The notes under the pieces: model-generated
What the model was told of the DNA's origin: nothing
Databases searched by the model: none
Seen by the model: only the letters and a program-made list of their open reading frames with translations
Program-made: the position numbers and the translations under genes
Part shown: positions 31,606 to 46,505 of the stretch, one piece after another
Layout of the letters: the number at the start of each line of letters is the position of its first letter
Position numbering within the stretch: position 1 is the first letter of the stretch
Origin: a bacterium
Lineage (GTDB): Bacteria; Krumholzibacteriota; Krumholzibacteriia; LZORAL124-64-63
Assembly: GCA_016706845.1 (NCBI GenBank)
Contig: JADJIV010000002.1
Span: 176,367-240,366, forward strand
Length of the DNA stretch: 64,000 nucleotides
Direction of reading: 5' to 3'

Positions 31606-32441
31606 CTTCCGTCCTCGGTCGCGGCGCCGGCGAGGGCCGCGGTGAAAGCCGTGGTGAAGGCCGCCGCCAGGCCGGCGTCGATCCGGCGGCGGCCGTCGGT
31701 CCCGGCGATCTGCAACGACGTGCCGACGATGCAGCCGTCGCAGTGGGGGGCGTAGAGGGGGGCATTGCGCGCGGTCAGGCCGCTGCCGACCAGCAGCGGC
31801 GCGTCGGGTTCGGCCAGGCGCACGGCGTGCAATTCCCCGGGGTCGGCCGGGGAGCCCGTCGCCGCCCCCGAAACGATCAAGGCGTCGGCGCCGCCGCGGC
31901 GGCGCAGGTCGGCGACCTCGTCGGCCAGGGGCCGCGCGGCCAGGGGCGCGGCGTGCTTGACGCGCACGTCGGCCAGGATGCCCACGCCGGGCGCCAACTG
32001 CCGCCGCAGGCGCAGCACCTCGGCGGCCCGCCCCTCGATCAGACCCTGGTCGGTGACCGCCGCCCCGACCAGGACGTTGACCCGCACGAAGGCGGCCCCG
32101 ACGGCGGCGGCCACGGCCAGGGCGGCGTGCGCGTCGTTGCGCAGCACGTTGATCCCCAGCGGCAGATCCGGGCAGGCGTCGCGCAGGGAGGCCGCGACGC
32201 GGGTCAGGGCGGCCGTGGTCTCGGCCGGCACTTCCCGCGGGAAGAACGGGATGTCGTGGTAGTTTTCGAGCATGAGCGCGCCGACGCCGCCGTCGGCCAG
32301 CGCCCTGGCGTCGGCCAGCGCGGCCGCCACGACGGCGGCCATGTCGCCCTCCCACCCCGGAGCCCCGGGCAGGGCGCGGCAATGGACCATGCCGATGACC
32401 GGGACCGGCAGCAGGCGCCGGAATGTCGCGCGGTTCCACAT
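31602..32441 (-). CDS. BtpA/SgcQ-family TIM-barrel protein
   Basis: GMVHCRALPGAPGW..., ALMLENYHDIPF and GINVLRND are typical of the BtpA family. It overlaps rfbB by 4 bp. Confidence 0.7.
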   Translation of the reverse strand: MWNRATFRRLLPVPVIGMVHCRALPGAPGWEGDMAAVVAAALADARALADGGVGALMLENYHDIPFFPREVPAETTAALTRVAASLRDACPDLPLGINVLRNDAHAALAVAAAVGAAFVRVNVLVGAAVTDQGLIEGRAAEVLRLRRQLAPGVGILADVRVKHAAPLAARPLADEVADLRRRGGADALIVSGAATGSPADPGELHAVRLAEPDAPLLVGSGLTARNAPLYAPHCDGCIVGTSLQIAGTDGRRRIDAGLAAAFTTAFTAALAGAATEDGR

Positions 32442-32592
32442 GGGCCGATCATAGCATCCGGCAGCACCGGCGCAAGGGCCAAGCGCCGCGGCGGGGACCC
32501 GGGAAACCGTGCTGGTCAATCCCGGCCGCCTCGCGTACATTGCGGACCGTCCCGGGGGCGCGCGGCCCCCGTCCGCGGACCACGGAGGCGCG

Positions 32593-33177
<585 letters not shown>

Positions 33178-33196
33178 TCCGCGGACGCATCGCCTC

Positions 33197-34730
33197 TCAC
33201 AGGCAAGACTCCACGTCGACGCCGCGCAGACGGCCGGCCAGCTCCCGGAAACGGGGCAGGTCCACGCCGAGGCGCGGCCCCGCCAGGCTGTTGCGGTAGG
33301 CCAGGGCCACGCCGCCCTCGTCCGCCTCCACGCAACCGGCCAGATCCTCGCCCAGCGCGATCATCGCCGCCAGCGAGCCGGCCGGCGGTTCGGCGTCCAG
33401 GGAATGGTGCCGCCGCACGGCGTGCGCCAGCTCGGCGCCCAGGCCCCAATCCGCGATCAGCAGGGCGCCCAGCTCGCCGTGATCCCAGCCCAGCGTCCTC
33501 TGCTCGACGCGCCAGAGCGCGGTGCCTTCCCGACGGGCGTCCTCGACCAGTTTGCCGTAGAGGCCCGGCAGGGCGCGCGCCATGATCAGCTGGCCGATGT
33601 TCTGCATCAGGCCGCCCACGAAGACAGCCTCGCGGTCCTCGGCCCCGAGGTGCTCGGCGACGGTCTGGCTGCCCAGGGCCGAGAGCAGGGACTCCCGCCA
33701 GATGCGGTGCAGCAGCGGGCTGGTGTCCACGCCCGGGAACGCCGAGCGCGAGGCGTTGACCACCACCCAGTTGCGAACCGTCTTGAAGCCCAGGCGCACG
33801 ACCGCGTCGCGGATGCTGCGGATCTCGATCGCCGAGACGTAGAACGAGGAGTTGGCCACCCGCAGCAGCCTCGCCGCCAGGACGAGGTCGCGGGCGATCT
33901 CCTTCTCCAGCATCCCCGGCGTGGTGCGCTGGTCGTTGATCAGTTCGAGCAGGCGACCGGCCACCTGCGGCATGACCGTCATCTCGCCGACCTGGTCGTA
34001 GACCTGGCGGGCCGTGATGTCGCCGGGGCGCAGCCCGTCGAAGTGGTTGCGCTCGCGCTCCCGCCGGCGGGAGGTGACGGCGCCGAGGATCTCCCGCATG
34101 CCGCTGCCCAGGGGCAGGGCGTCCCGCTCCAGCGCGTGCAGCCGCAGCAGCGCGTAGCGCGCGAGCTGGGCCGCGTCCTGCACGAGCTGTTCGCCCTGGA
34201 AGCTCAGCCAGTCCATATAGACGTAGGTGCACCATTTGCCGCGCAGCGGCAGCGGCACGATCAGCGCGACCTGGTCCTCCCCGACCGACAGCGCCTCGAG
34301 CAGTTCGCGCGGCACGTTCTCGACGGGGACGGGTCCCGCGTAGACCACGCGCTCGCGGGTGAGCACGTCGAAGAGGTCGTGCTCGCGCTTGGTCATCACC
34401 CGCGGATTGGCCGAGCGCGGTTCGATCAGGCGGGGCGGCAGCTCGACCCCCTCGGCCAGCAGGATGCGCAGGCCGGTGCTCCACTGACGCAGCAGCAGCA
34501 GCCGGGCGCCCTGCCGGCGGGCCAGTTCCAGGAAGACCTGCATCACGTCGCTGCTCTCGACGGCCTCGTCCAGGGCGGCGAGCGAGCGGACGAGGTCCTG
34601 GTACCGCTGCTCGGTCCCGATCTCGGCCGCGATGCGCCGCGGGGGATCGATGCCGGCCGCGGCGCACAGTTCGGCCTGCTGCTGGTTCGCCTCGATCCTG
34701 TCGGCAACGACGGCGTCGAATCGGCTCACG
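33197..34730 (-). CDS. HDOD-domain signalling protein with N-terminal GAF-like region
   Basis: HDOD motif MPQVAGRLLELINDQRTTP...LLRVANSSFYVSAIEIRSIRDAVVRLGFKTVRNWVV...HGELGALLIADWGL. The start is uncertain. Confidence 0.7.
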
Positions 34731-34910
34731 GGGTCCCTCTCGGCTGGTGATCGCGAGCGCGGCGGGTCGCCCGGTCGCGCTCCTCGTTCATCGGCCGCCG
34801 CGGCGCGCGGTTGAGGGAATTCCCTGGCAGGACCCGCGGAATGGGCTATTCTGGACCGACGCCGCGCCGCCGCCCGCGCGCCCTTTGAGCGGAACCTTAC
34901 GGAGGACGTC

Positions 34911-35280
34911 ATGCCGCACCGGATCACCAAGACCTTCACCTTCGACGCCGCGCACTGGCTGCCCCGCGTGCCGGAGGGGCACAAGTGCGGCCGGCTGCAC
35001 GGGCACACCTACAGCGTCACGATCGCGGTGGAAGGCGACGTCGACCCGGATTCCGGCTGGATCGTGGATTTCGGCGACATCAAGGCGGCCTTCAAGCCCC
35101 TCGAGAAGCGGCTGGACCACTTCTGCCTCAACGACATCGAGGGTCTGGAGAACCCGACGGCGGAAGTCATGGCCCGCTGGATCTACGAGCAGATCGCCGC
35201 CACCCTGCCCGAGGTGTGCGAGGTGACGGTCTGCGAGACCGCGAACACCTCGGCCGGCCGTCTACCGGCCCTAGCAGAAG
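34911..35280 (+). CDS. queD: 6-carboxy-5,6,7,8-tetrahydropterin synthase (QueD/PTPS); no in-frame stop found before 35666, so a probable C-terminal frame disruption
   Basis: MPHRITKTFTFDAAHWLPRVPEGHKCGRLHGHTYSVTIAVEGDVDPDSGWIVDFGDIKAAFKPLEKRLDHFCLNDIEGLENPTAEV matches PTPS essentially residue for residue. The expected length is about 120 aa, with a TAG in the +1 frame at 35268. Confidence 0.85.
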
Positions 35281-35289
35281 GCGCCGCGG

Positions 35290-37315
35290 TCAGCGCGGGT
35301 GGGCGGCGAGCCAGGCGCGCGCCCGCGCGTCGGCGGGCTGCGCCTGCAGCAGGCGCTGGTAGGCCTCCCGGGCTTCCTCGACGCGCCCGGCCCGGTCGCG
35401 GATCTCCGCCAGATTGCCCCAGGCCTGCCAGTAGCCCGGCTCGCGGACCAGGACGTCGCTGGAAGACCGGCTCCGCTTCCCGGTCGCGGCCCAGCTGCAC
35501 GAGCGCGAGACCGGAACCGAAGAGGGCCTGGATGTCGCCGTCGCGGCGGGCGATCTGCTGGAAGCGCCGCAGCGCGCCGCCGGCGTCCCCCCGCTGCAGC
35601 AGCACCCAGGCTTCGCCCAGCTGGGCCCGGGGGTCGTCGGGCCGGGTCCGCAGGGCGATCTCGTAGTGCGCGGCCGCCTCGTCCAGGCGCCCCGCCGCCA
35701 GCAGGAGTTCGCCCAGCCGGAGCCTCCCGGACTGGGCCTCGGGCGCGAGGTCGACCCATTCCCTCGCCAGCTGCAGCGCCTCGTCGTTGCGCCCCTCGCG
35801 CTGGCGCAGTCCGATGAACGACTCGAAAAGGTTGTCGCGGATCGTGTCGAAGTGCGGCTGCGGCGTGCGGCGCTGGATGGCGATCGCCTCGGCGTACTCG
35901 CGACCGGCGTCTTCGAGCCTGCCCTTGTCGAGCCAGGCATTGCCCAGCGTGAAATGGTGGAAGGGGTTGGCCTCGATGCGGTGTTCGCGGAACGTCGCCA
36001 GGTCGCTCAGGGCCGCGACCGCCAGCAGCGCGGCGACCGCCGGGCCGACCATGCCGTGCACCCAGCGACGGCCGCGCAGGGCGGACCACAGGGCGTCGGC
36101 GCCGGCGCCGGCGGGGATCGTCAGCAGGGCGGCGACCGGCAGCCGGAAGCGCGCGTTGACGAAGAAGAGCAGGATCGAGACCGCGTAGAGCGCCGTCACG
36201 CCCAGCGTCAGGCGCCGCGTGCCGGGGATGCCGTCGCGCCGGCACCAGCCCAGGGCCCCGAGCGCCAGCACGACCGTCCAGCCCGGCCAGAACGGCAGGC
36301 GCAGCAGCGGCGACCACGCGCGCCAGGCGTAGATGTACTTGTCGTTGGAGCGCTCGCCCTCGGCCAGCAGCAGGCGGAGCTTGGTCGCGGTGAGTTCGAG
36401 CGCGGCGAGCGGGTCGTGGATCCAGAACGCCAGGCCGCGCCGCAAAAACCAGCGATCGACCTCCGAGGGTTTCAGGTCGCGGCCGGCGTCCTTCTCGGCC
36501 ATCGCGATCGCGTCGTCGTAGCCGCCCTGCCAGGTCGGCCGCGTGCCGGGCACGATCGCCGTGCGGCCGTCCGATTCGGGGTTGTTCCCGATGTAGAAGT
36601 TGACGCCGCCCTGGGTCGCGATCGCGACCAGGTCGTGGCCGCGCACGGCGTTGGACACGGTCACCGGCAGGATCGGCAGCAGCAGCCCGACCGCCGCCGC
36701 GGCCCAGCCGCGCGCCGTCGGGCGCGGGAAGCCGCCGCGCAGCAGGTACCAGACGACGGCGGGCACGACGATCAGGATGTTGGGTCGCGCGATGGCCGAC
36801 AGCCCCAGCGCCAGCCCCGCGAGGCCCAGACGCCGCCAGCCCGGCCTCCCGGCGTCGCGGTCCAGCAGCAGCCAGAGCAGCAGCAGGTTCAGGGTCACCG
36901 ACAGGGTCTCGAGCAGCAGTTCCGCTGAATAATAGATGCTCGTCCAGAGTCCGGCGTAGAGCAGGCCGGCCAGCCAGCCCGCGCGCCGGCCCCAGAGCCG
37001 GTCCGCGGTGAGGGCCGCGAGCCCCGCGCCGAGCGCCGAGATCAGGGACTGGACGGCCAGGACGGGCAAGAAGGCGCCGCCGAACACCGCATACAAAGCC
37101 GCGAGCAGGTACATGTAGAGCGGTGCGCGGAAGAAGGGCTCCGGACCGGGCCAGGTGCCGTCCAGCAGGCCGCGGGCCCACTGGTCGTGGAACGCCGCAT
37201 CCATGATCGGCCGGTCGAAGAGCGGGTTGTCGCGGATCAGCCAGAGGTGCAGCAGCCGCAGGGCGAACGCCGCGGCGACGCAGATCCAGAACAGGCGCGC
37301 GCGATCGGACTTCAT
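35290..37315 (-). CDS. PMT/ArnT-like (GT39/GT83-type) membrane glycosyltransferase with C-terminal TPR repeats (1-bp frame disruption about 35463)
   Basis: Multi-TM N-terminus MKSDRARLFWICVAAAFALRLLHLWL..., with YYSAELLLETL and PNILIVV typical of PMT_2. The C-terminal TPR block reads DEALQLAREWVDLAPE.., AHYEIALRTRPDDPRA.., ...QAWGNLAEIRDRAGRVEEAREAYQRLLQAQPADARA. Confidence 0.7.
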
Positions 37316-38118
37316 CGCTTCCCTCCGATGCGCACGCGTTCGACGGCCGAGCCCGGCAGCCAGCCGTTCCACTCGCCGCCGAGCGCGACCTGGCACCAGC
37401 CCGCCCGTTCGCCGCGGATCTGCAGCGCCAGGCCGTCGTGGACCTGGAACACGACCGGGAATGTGGCGTCCGGCCCGCTGCGCACCTCGGCTTCGGAGGC
37501 GATGACCACCGCATGCTCCAGGACCCGCTCGTCGTACCACCGCCAGGCCACGACCGCAGCCAGGAACAGGACCAGGCAGAGCGCCCCCAGCCAGGCCCGG
37601 CGCATCCAGGGCGTGAAGCCTCCCCGCCACAGGGTCCAGCCGGCGATCAGCGCCGCGAGCCAGGCGCCGATCGTCAGCAGGCGGCTCCACTCGTCCAGCG
37701 ACAGGCCGCGCAGCAGCGCGGACGCGAAGCGCAGCGGCAGGGGGGTCGGCGTGCCCTGCAGTTCCTGGTCGCGGGTGTGACCGCGGACCCAGGCGAGGTT
37801 CGCGCGCGCGTCGGCGTCCCGGGGCGCTGCGCGCAGCGCGCGCTGGTAGTTGACGACGGCCTTGCCCAACTCGCCGCGGCGCGCGTGGGCGGTGGCGAGG
37901 TTGTAGCAGGCCACGGGGTCGCCCGTCGCCGCGGCCGCGCCGAAGCTCGCCACGGCGGCGTCCAGGTCTCCCCGCGTGTAGGCGTCGACACCCTCGGCCA
38001 GCTGCCGGACCGCGGAATGGTCGGAGACCGCCGCGGGTTGGGCGCGCGACGGGGCGGCAGGGGACATCGCCAGCACGGCCAGCAGCAGCGCCCCGACGAG
38101 CGGATCCGCCGTGCGCGG
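37312..38118 (-). CDS. batE: BatE-like protein (TPR + TM + C-terminal SH3b); no stop separates it from upstream BatD in this frame
   Basis: Signal-like LVGALLLAVLAMSPAAPSRAQ, TPR helices (ACYNLATAHARRGELGKAVVNYQRALRAAPRDADA), TM segments and SH3b-like WCQVALGGEWNGWLPGSAVERV. The boundary with batD is inferred from domain lengths. Confidence 0.55.
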   Translation of the reverse strand, partial: PRTADPLVGALLLAVLAMSPAAPSRAQPAAVSDHSAVRQLAEGVDAYTRGDLDAAVASFGAAAATGDPVACYNLATAHARRGELGKAVVNYQRALRAAPRDADARANLAWVRGHTRDQELQGTPTPLPLRFASALLRGLSLDEWSRLLTIGAWLAALIAGWTLWRGGFTPWMRRAWLGALCLVLFLAAVVAWRWYDERVLEHAVVIASEAEVRSGPDATFPVVFQVHDGLALQIRGERAGWCQVALGGEWNGWLPGSAVERVRIGGKR

Positions 38119-39935
38119 CTTCGCGCCGTCGCGTTCGAGTTCGGCCAGCAGACGGCGGGCGCGTGCGACGAGGTCCACGCCGTCGCGGCGCGCCTCCCCG
38201 GCCGCGCCGTAGCGCGAGGCGGCGCACTCCTGCAGCAGGGATTCCAGCGCGGTACCGACCTCGGGCATACCCAGCGCGTCGGCGTGGGCGCCGACGGCGC
38301 CGGCGGGCAGCCCGGACGCGGCGCGGCCCGTCATGTCCGCGACGTACCCGGTGAGGGCCCTGATGACCAGCGCGCTCGCAGCGCCGGCGTCGGCGGCCGC
38401 CTCGGCTTCGTCCAGCTGCCGCCGGGCGGTGCGCGCCGCATGGCGCCGGCGCAGACCGACGGGATCGCCCAGCAGCGCGCGACGCCGCCCCAGCCACAGG
38501 CGCCAGCCGCCGAGGGACAGGGGCGCGAGCAGCGTGACGAGCCACCAGCCGAAGGTCTCGGACAGCGGCGCGCCGCGGACGTCCAGGCGCGCCGGCGCGG
38601 GATGCACGAACGCCAGATCGCTGGCGAGCCGCTCGATCTCGCCGCGGAAGCCCGTCGCGCGCTGCACGCCGCCCTCGTCGACGGGATTGTCGCTCGGCGT
38701 CACGTCCAGGATGCGTGCGCCGGCCTCGATGGTCCGGTACCGCTTCTGTCCGGGGTCGAACCAGGTCACGCGAGCCGCGGGCAGTTCGAGGCGTCCTTCG
38801 GCGCCCGGCACGATCACCTTCTCCGAGCGCAGGACGGCCAGTTGGCGGCCGCGGGCCTCCTTCATTTCCAAACCGCCTCCCGCCTCGTGGACCTGCACGC
38901 CGCGGGGCGCTTCCCAGGGCACCTCGGTGACGCTCTTGAGCGAGCCGTCGGCCTTGAGCACCAGGGTCCAGGTCACCGGGTCGCCGCGCGGGACGCTCGT
39001 GCGGTCGGTCTGGACGTCGAGTTCCACCTGACGCGAGACCAGCCCCAGGAATCCGGGCGGCGCGGGGCGCGGCAGGTCGAGCACGTCGACGTTCAGCGAC
39101 GGGCTCTCGAGAGTCTGCGGGCCGCTCCCGCGGTTGCGGCGGGAGCCGAAGAAATCGGCGAAGGGATCTCCCGCCAGCGTGACCCTGGCGGGTGCGACCG
39201 TGAGCCGGCCCGAACGCGTCGGGTACAGGGCGTAACGCAGTTCGGTCATGTCGTAGATCTTGCCGCCGACCGTCTCGCGCGAGTTGCGCTGGGGCGGCAG
39301 ATCCTCCCGCCAGAATCCCTCCGTGCGCGGGGCTTCGTACTGGGGCCGGTCGAAAAGGCGCGCGTAGGGATCGGCGAAGAACCGGAAGACGAGCACCACC
39401 TGCTCGCCCACGTACACCTCGTCGCGGTCCACTTCCAGGGTGACGAAGTAGGGGCTGCCCGGACCCGCACGGCCGGGGCGGGCCGCCGGCGCCGCGGGTT
39501 CCGCCCGCGGAGGCGCGCTGCGGTTGCCGTTGCCGGTCACCGCGCCCGGGTCTCCCGTGACGCGGATCGTGATGGGTTGCGTGCGCAGCGTCTGGCCGTC
39601 GACGGTCGTCTGCAGCGCGGGGATGCGCACGTCGGTGCCGCTGCGGATGCTCAGGACCCAGGTCCAGGTCTGGGAGCTGCTCACCGCCCCGTTGACCATC
39701 TGGAAGCTGGAGCTGGTGCCCCCGCGGGCGGCGTCGACGCCGGCGATGGGAGGCAGCTCGGGCATGGCGAGGTCGCGGCCCCGCCCGCTGAGCGTGACCG
39801 TGAGCACGACCTGGTCCCCGGGCGCCGCGGTCGTGCGGTCGACCCTGGCCTGCAGGTCGGCCGCGGCGGCCGCGACGGCAAATGCGGACCCACACAGCAG
39901 GACCGCCAGGACGAAGCGCGCGGCATCGTGCCTTC

Positions 39936-39942
<7 letters not shown>
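38119..39942 (-). CDS. batD: BatD-like protein (aerotolerance operon)
   Basis: Start MVRRHDAARFVLAVLLCGSAFAVAAAA lies 1 bp after the batB/C stop. Long periplasmic beta-rich region, then a C-terminal TM helix WWLVTLLAPLSLGGW and cytoplasmic tail, as in BatD. Confidence 0.65.
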
Positions 39943-41708
<1,766 letters not shown>

Positions 41709-41730
41709 AGGACCTCCCCTCCCCTCCGCT

Positions 41731-42720
41731 TCACGGCGCCCTGCGCAGCCAGGTGGCCGCGAGCACGGCCTCCAGCAGCAGCAGCGCCAGGGCCGGCGCG
41801 GCGAACCAGGCCATCCGCTCCTCGTACCAGGTGGTGACCCACGTCTTGTAGCGGCTCGTCTCGAGCTCGTCGATGGTCGCGAAGATCTGCGCGAGCGTCG
41901 CGGGATCCTCGGCGCGGAAGTAGCTGCCGCCGGTCGCGGCCGCGATCCGCCGCAGCAGCTCCTCGTCGATCGGCACCTCGACCATGCGGGTGCGCCGTCC
42001 GAAGATCGGCGAGTCCTCGGGGTAGGGCACCTTGCCCTTCTTGCCGACGCCCACGGTGTAGACGCGCACGCCCAGCGCCTTGGCCAGCTCGGCGGCCGTC
42101 TCGGGCTCCAGGGTCGGGATGTTGTTGCTGCCGTCGGTCAGCAGGATCACCGTGCGGTTCTTGGCCTCGGAATGCCGCAGCCGGTTGACCGCCGTGGCCA
42201 GGCCCAGGCCGATGGCCGTGCCGTCCTCGATCAGCCCGACCTGGACCTGGTCGAGGAACCCGTTCAGCACCGAGCGGTCCAGCGTCAGCGGGCACTGCGT
42301 GAAGGCGCGCGACGCGAAGACGACCAGTCCGACCTGGTCGGTGGTGCGCGCTTCGATGAAGTCGCGGATGATCCGCTTGGCGACCGCCAGCCGGTTGTCG
42401 GGCTGGAAATCGAGGGCGAGCATGCTGCCGCTGATGTCCAGGGCCACGACGATGTCGATCCCCTCGCCTTCGACTTCGCGGCTGGAGTGGACGTCGCGCG
42501 GACGGGCCAGCGCCACCACCAGCAACAGCAGGGCCGCGATGCCCAGCCACGGCAGGGCGCGGTGCGCCCGCACGCGCAGGGCGGACCGCTCCTGCAGCAG
42601 CAGCGCGAGGTAGGGATGGCGCAGCGCGGAGGTGTCGCGGGGGCGGCGCCGCAGCAGGAAGGCCGAGACGAGCACCGGTGCCGCGAGCAGCAGCAGCCAG
42701 GGATGGGCGAACTCAGGCAT
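41731..42720 (-). CDS. batA: BatA-like 2TM von Willebrand factor A protein
   Basis: MPEFAHPWLLLLAAPVLV; vWA DISGSMLALD...GTAIGLGL...ILLTDGSNN; C-terminal TM. Confidence 0.85.
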   Translation of the reverse strand: MPEFAHPWLLLLAAPVLVSAFLLRRRPRDTSALRHPYLALLLQERSALRVRAHRALPWLGIAALLLLVVALARPRDVHSSREVEGEGIDIVVALDISGSMLALDFQPDNRLAVAKRIIRDFIEARTTDQVGLVVFASRAFTQCPLTLDRSVLNGFLDQVQVGLIEDGTAIGLGLATAVNRLRHSEAKNRTVILLTDGSNNIPTLEPETAAELAKALGVRVYTVGVGKKGKVPYPEDSPIFGRRTRMVEVPIDEELLRRIAAATGGSYFRAEDPATLAQIFATIDELETSRYKTWVTTWYEERMAWFAAPALALLLLEAVLAATWLRRAP

Positions 42721-43746
42721 GACCGGCCTCCTTCCCGCCCGCGACCGCGGCCAGCACGTGTTCCCAGCAGCGTTCGGATTCGATGAGGTCCGCCGGCGGC
42801 ACCGGGGTGTAGCGGATCCGCTCACGGCGGGCGCCGATCTCCGCGACCACCGCCGCCAGCAGTCCGCGCCCGTCGGACGGCAGCGCCGCCGTCGGCGCGA
42901 AGCGCAGCTCGTCGCAGCGCCCGAGGATCCGGGCGGCGGCGCGCCGGGCGGACTCGGGATGCCGCAGGGCGGCCAGGGCCGCGTCCACCTCGGAGGCCGT
43001 CATCTCCAGGGCGGCGAAGCGGTAGCGCGCCGCGAGGTAGCGCCGGAAGACGACGTCGAGGCGGTGCAGGAAGGCCCGGCCGTCGCCCCGCTCGAGCAGC
43101 CGTTCGGCCAGCAGCGCGTCGAGATCGCGCGCCGCCTGCAGCCAGGCGGGCGGGGGCAGGGGTTCGTCGGCGCCTTCCGGCCGTGCGCGCCGTCGCCGTC
43201 GCCACCACCAGGCCAGGGTGATCGCGGCGGCGGCCAGCAGCAGCCCGACGGCCGCCAGCCACCAGGAGCGGGCAGGCGGCGCGGATCGCGCACCGGCAAC
43301 GGTTCGGCCGCGGGGGCGAGGCGGCCGGCGATCTGCCGGACCGGTCCCGGCACGGGCTCGCCTTCCCAGGCCAGGCGGAAGGGCCCCGGCCGGTAGGGAC
43401 GCAGGGTCAGCACCACGCGCTGCGCCGCCTGCGTCCCTGAAGGTTCGCGGGCGACGACCTTGAACCAGTCCGCGCGCGCGGCGACGGAATCCGGGATCGT
43501 CGGCGAACCGGGCGGGAAGTCGCAGATCAGCGTGAAGGGCTCGCCGAAACGCAGCGTGTCGGCCGCGCCGAGGGACATCGTCGGCCGCGGCGTGCCGGCC
43601 GCCGCGCCCAGCGACAGCAGGACGGTGTCCGGCGGGGCGGGCGCGGGCCGGTCTGGGCGCGGGTTGGGCCGCGCCACCCCCGCCGCCAGGGCGCAGGCCA
43701 GGGCCGCGGCGGTCGTCGCCGAAACTGCTGCCGCCCGCGCGCGCAT
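42713..43746 (-). CDS. Hypothetical membrane protein between DUF58 and batA (DUF4381-like position in Bat operons); frame disruption about 43300
   Basis: N-terminal signal-like MRARAAAVSATTAAALACALAAG. After the frame switch the TM WWLAAVGLLLAAAAITLAWWW and an alpha-helical C-terminal domain end at the batA start. The layout follows the classic Bat gene order. Confidence 0.45.
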
Positions 43747-44683
43747 CAGCGCCACGCCCTTTCCGCGCCGGCTGCGCCGGGCGAAGAACTGCTGCAGCGG
43801 TTCGACGTAGCTGCTCGTGATGTCGATGTCGACGAGGTCGACGCGGGCGCCGCGCAGCAGCCGTTCCAGGCGCCGGTCGTGGTCGGCCGCCCGGCGGGTC
43901 AGCTCGGCGCGCACCTCGCCGTCGCCGACGTCGACGAGGGCCTCGCGGCCCGACTCGGCGTCGATCCAGTTCACCAGGCCGGCCGCCGGCAGCGCGGTGT
44001 CGCGCGGGTCGCGCACGCGCACGGCCACGCAGTCGTGGCGGCGGGCGACGACCCGCAGCGGCGCCTCGAAGCCGTCGGCCCAGTAGTCGGAGACCAGGAA
44101 GACCGTCGCGCGGCGCTTGAGCACCGAACCCAGCAGCACCAGGGGCGCGCCGAGGTCGGTGCCGCGGCCGGACATCTCGGCCGCGAGCAGCTCGCGGATG
44201 ATCCGCAGCACGTGCCCGCGGCCGCGGGCCGGCGGGATGAACAGCTCGACGCGGTCGGAGAACAGCACGAGCCCGACCTTGTCCTTGTTGGCCGTGGCGG
44301 CGAAGGCCAGCACGCCGCACAGCTCGGCCGCGATCTCGCCGCGCGTCCGCTCGCCCGAGCCGAAGAGCCCCGAACGGCTGACGTCGACGGCGAGCACGAC
44401 GGTCAGCTCCCGCTCCTCGTCGAACTGCTTCACGTACGGGGCGTCGGAGCGGGCGGTCACGTTCCAGTCGATCGCCCGCACGTCGTCGCCCGGCACGTAC
44501 TCGCGCACCTCGCGGAACTCGATGCCGCGCCCCTTGAAGACCGAGTGGTACTCGCCCGAGAAGGTCTCCTCGACCAGCCGCCTGGCCCGCAGGGCGATGC
44601 GCCGCACCGCCTCGATCATCTCGGGCGGGATCGGCGCCTCCCGGGACCGCGGCGGCGGCGGGGCGGCCGGCTCGAGGGCGCGG

Positions 44684-44700
<17 letters not shown>
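43747..44700 (-). CDS. DUF58 protein (MoxR-associated, vWA-like)
   Basis: MWKFLSR...EYHSVFKGRGIEFREVREYVPGDDVRAIDWNVTAR...LTVVLAVDVSRSGLFGS is the DUF58 signature. It overlaps moxR by 17 nt. The C-terminal boundary is approximate. Confidence 0.8.
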
Positions 44701-45670
<970 letters not shown>

Positions 45671-45787
45671 TCCTCCTCGATATGGCGACAGCGAAGTTCC
45701 GCGACGGCGCCGTTCAACCTCGCCGGCCTCCCGGCGGTTCCCGGTCCGCCCGGTCGGCGCGGCAGTTCAGGGTAGTGCATCGAAATC

Positions 45788-45800
45788 CCCTTGCCAAGGG
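45788..45800. promoter_or_regulatory. Perfect palindrome CCCTTG-C-CAAGGG in divergent intergenic region between moxR/Bat operon and DUF507 genes
   Basis: Read directly; a candidate operator. Confidence 0.3.
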
Positions 45801-45859
45801 AAGGTAAACAGGTTTCCATGGGCGGGCCGGACCGAGCCTGCCCGAACCGGGGGAGCCGA

Positions 45860-46142
45860 CGTGCGCCTGTCGCCCAACAAGATCGAATTCCTGGCGGAGA
45901 AGCTGCTCGAAATGATCGAGCGCGACCCCCGCCTGCACATCCAGACGAACTCCGACCTGGTCTACCGCGCCATCGCCGACACGATCTACGACGACATGCG
46001 CACCGAGGACCAGATCGAGGCCGAGGTCGAGGAGCTGCTCAAGCAGCACCTGGGCGAGATCCGGGCCATGGAGATGGACTACGGCGCCCTGCGCGCCAAG
46101 ATGAAGCGCGAGATCGCCCGCAAACAGGGCTTCGTGCTCTGA
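45860..46142 (+). CDS. DUF507-family protein (GTG start)
   Basis: VRLSPNKIEFLAEKLLEMIERDPRLHIQ...DQIEAEVEELLKQHL...MKREIARKQGFVL. A paralogue follows immediately. Confidence 0.6.
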
Positions 46143-46173
46143 GCCGCCTGACCCGCACCGGGAGCCGCGACCC

Positions 46174-46458
46174 ATGAGACTGTCCGAAGAGCGCATCAGC
46201 GGCCTGTCGCGCCGCATCATGGACCTCCTGCTCGACGAGGAGCACCTCGACCTCGAGATCGACGAGGACCGTTTCGGCGTGATGCTCGAGGCCAAGCTGA
46301 CGCAACTGCTGCACGTCGAGGACGAGATCGACGAGGAAGCCTCGGCCTGGATGCACCAGCACAAGCCCGCCCTCGAGGACGGTTCCCCCGAGTTCGAGGT
46401 CGAGATGGAGAAGGTCAAGAAGAACATCGCCGACACCAAGGGCTACGTCCTCTACTGA
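46174..46458 (+). CDS. DUF507-family protein (paralogue)
   Basis: MRLSEERISGLSRRIMDLLLDEEHLDLEIDEDRF...HVEDEIDEEASAWMHQHK...KVKKNIADTKGYVLY. Confidence 0.6.
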   Translation: MRLSEERISGLSRRIMDLLLDEEHLDLEIDEDRFGVMLEAKLTQLLHVEDEIDEEASAWMHQHKPALEDGSPEFEVEMEKVKKNIADTKGYVLY

Positions 46459-46505
46459 CGGCCGCCGGTCCGCCGTCGCTCCCGCCACCCCGGAAGGGCC
46501 GCCGC

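Noticed and set aside
34911-35666. 251-aa extended QueD ORF
   Set aside because: PTPS enzymes are about 120 aa. The extension is antisense to the C-terminus of the GT39-TPR gene, and a TAG in the +1 frame at about 35268 marks the likely true end.
35183-39895. 1570-aa minus-strand ORF spanning several genes
   Set aside because: It is a composite of the true GT39-TPR frame plus out-of-frame read-through of batE/batD. Real gene boundaries are defined by recognisable N-termini (MKSDRARLFW..., MVRRHD...).
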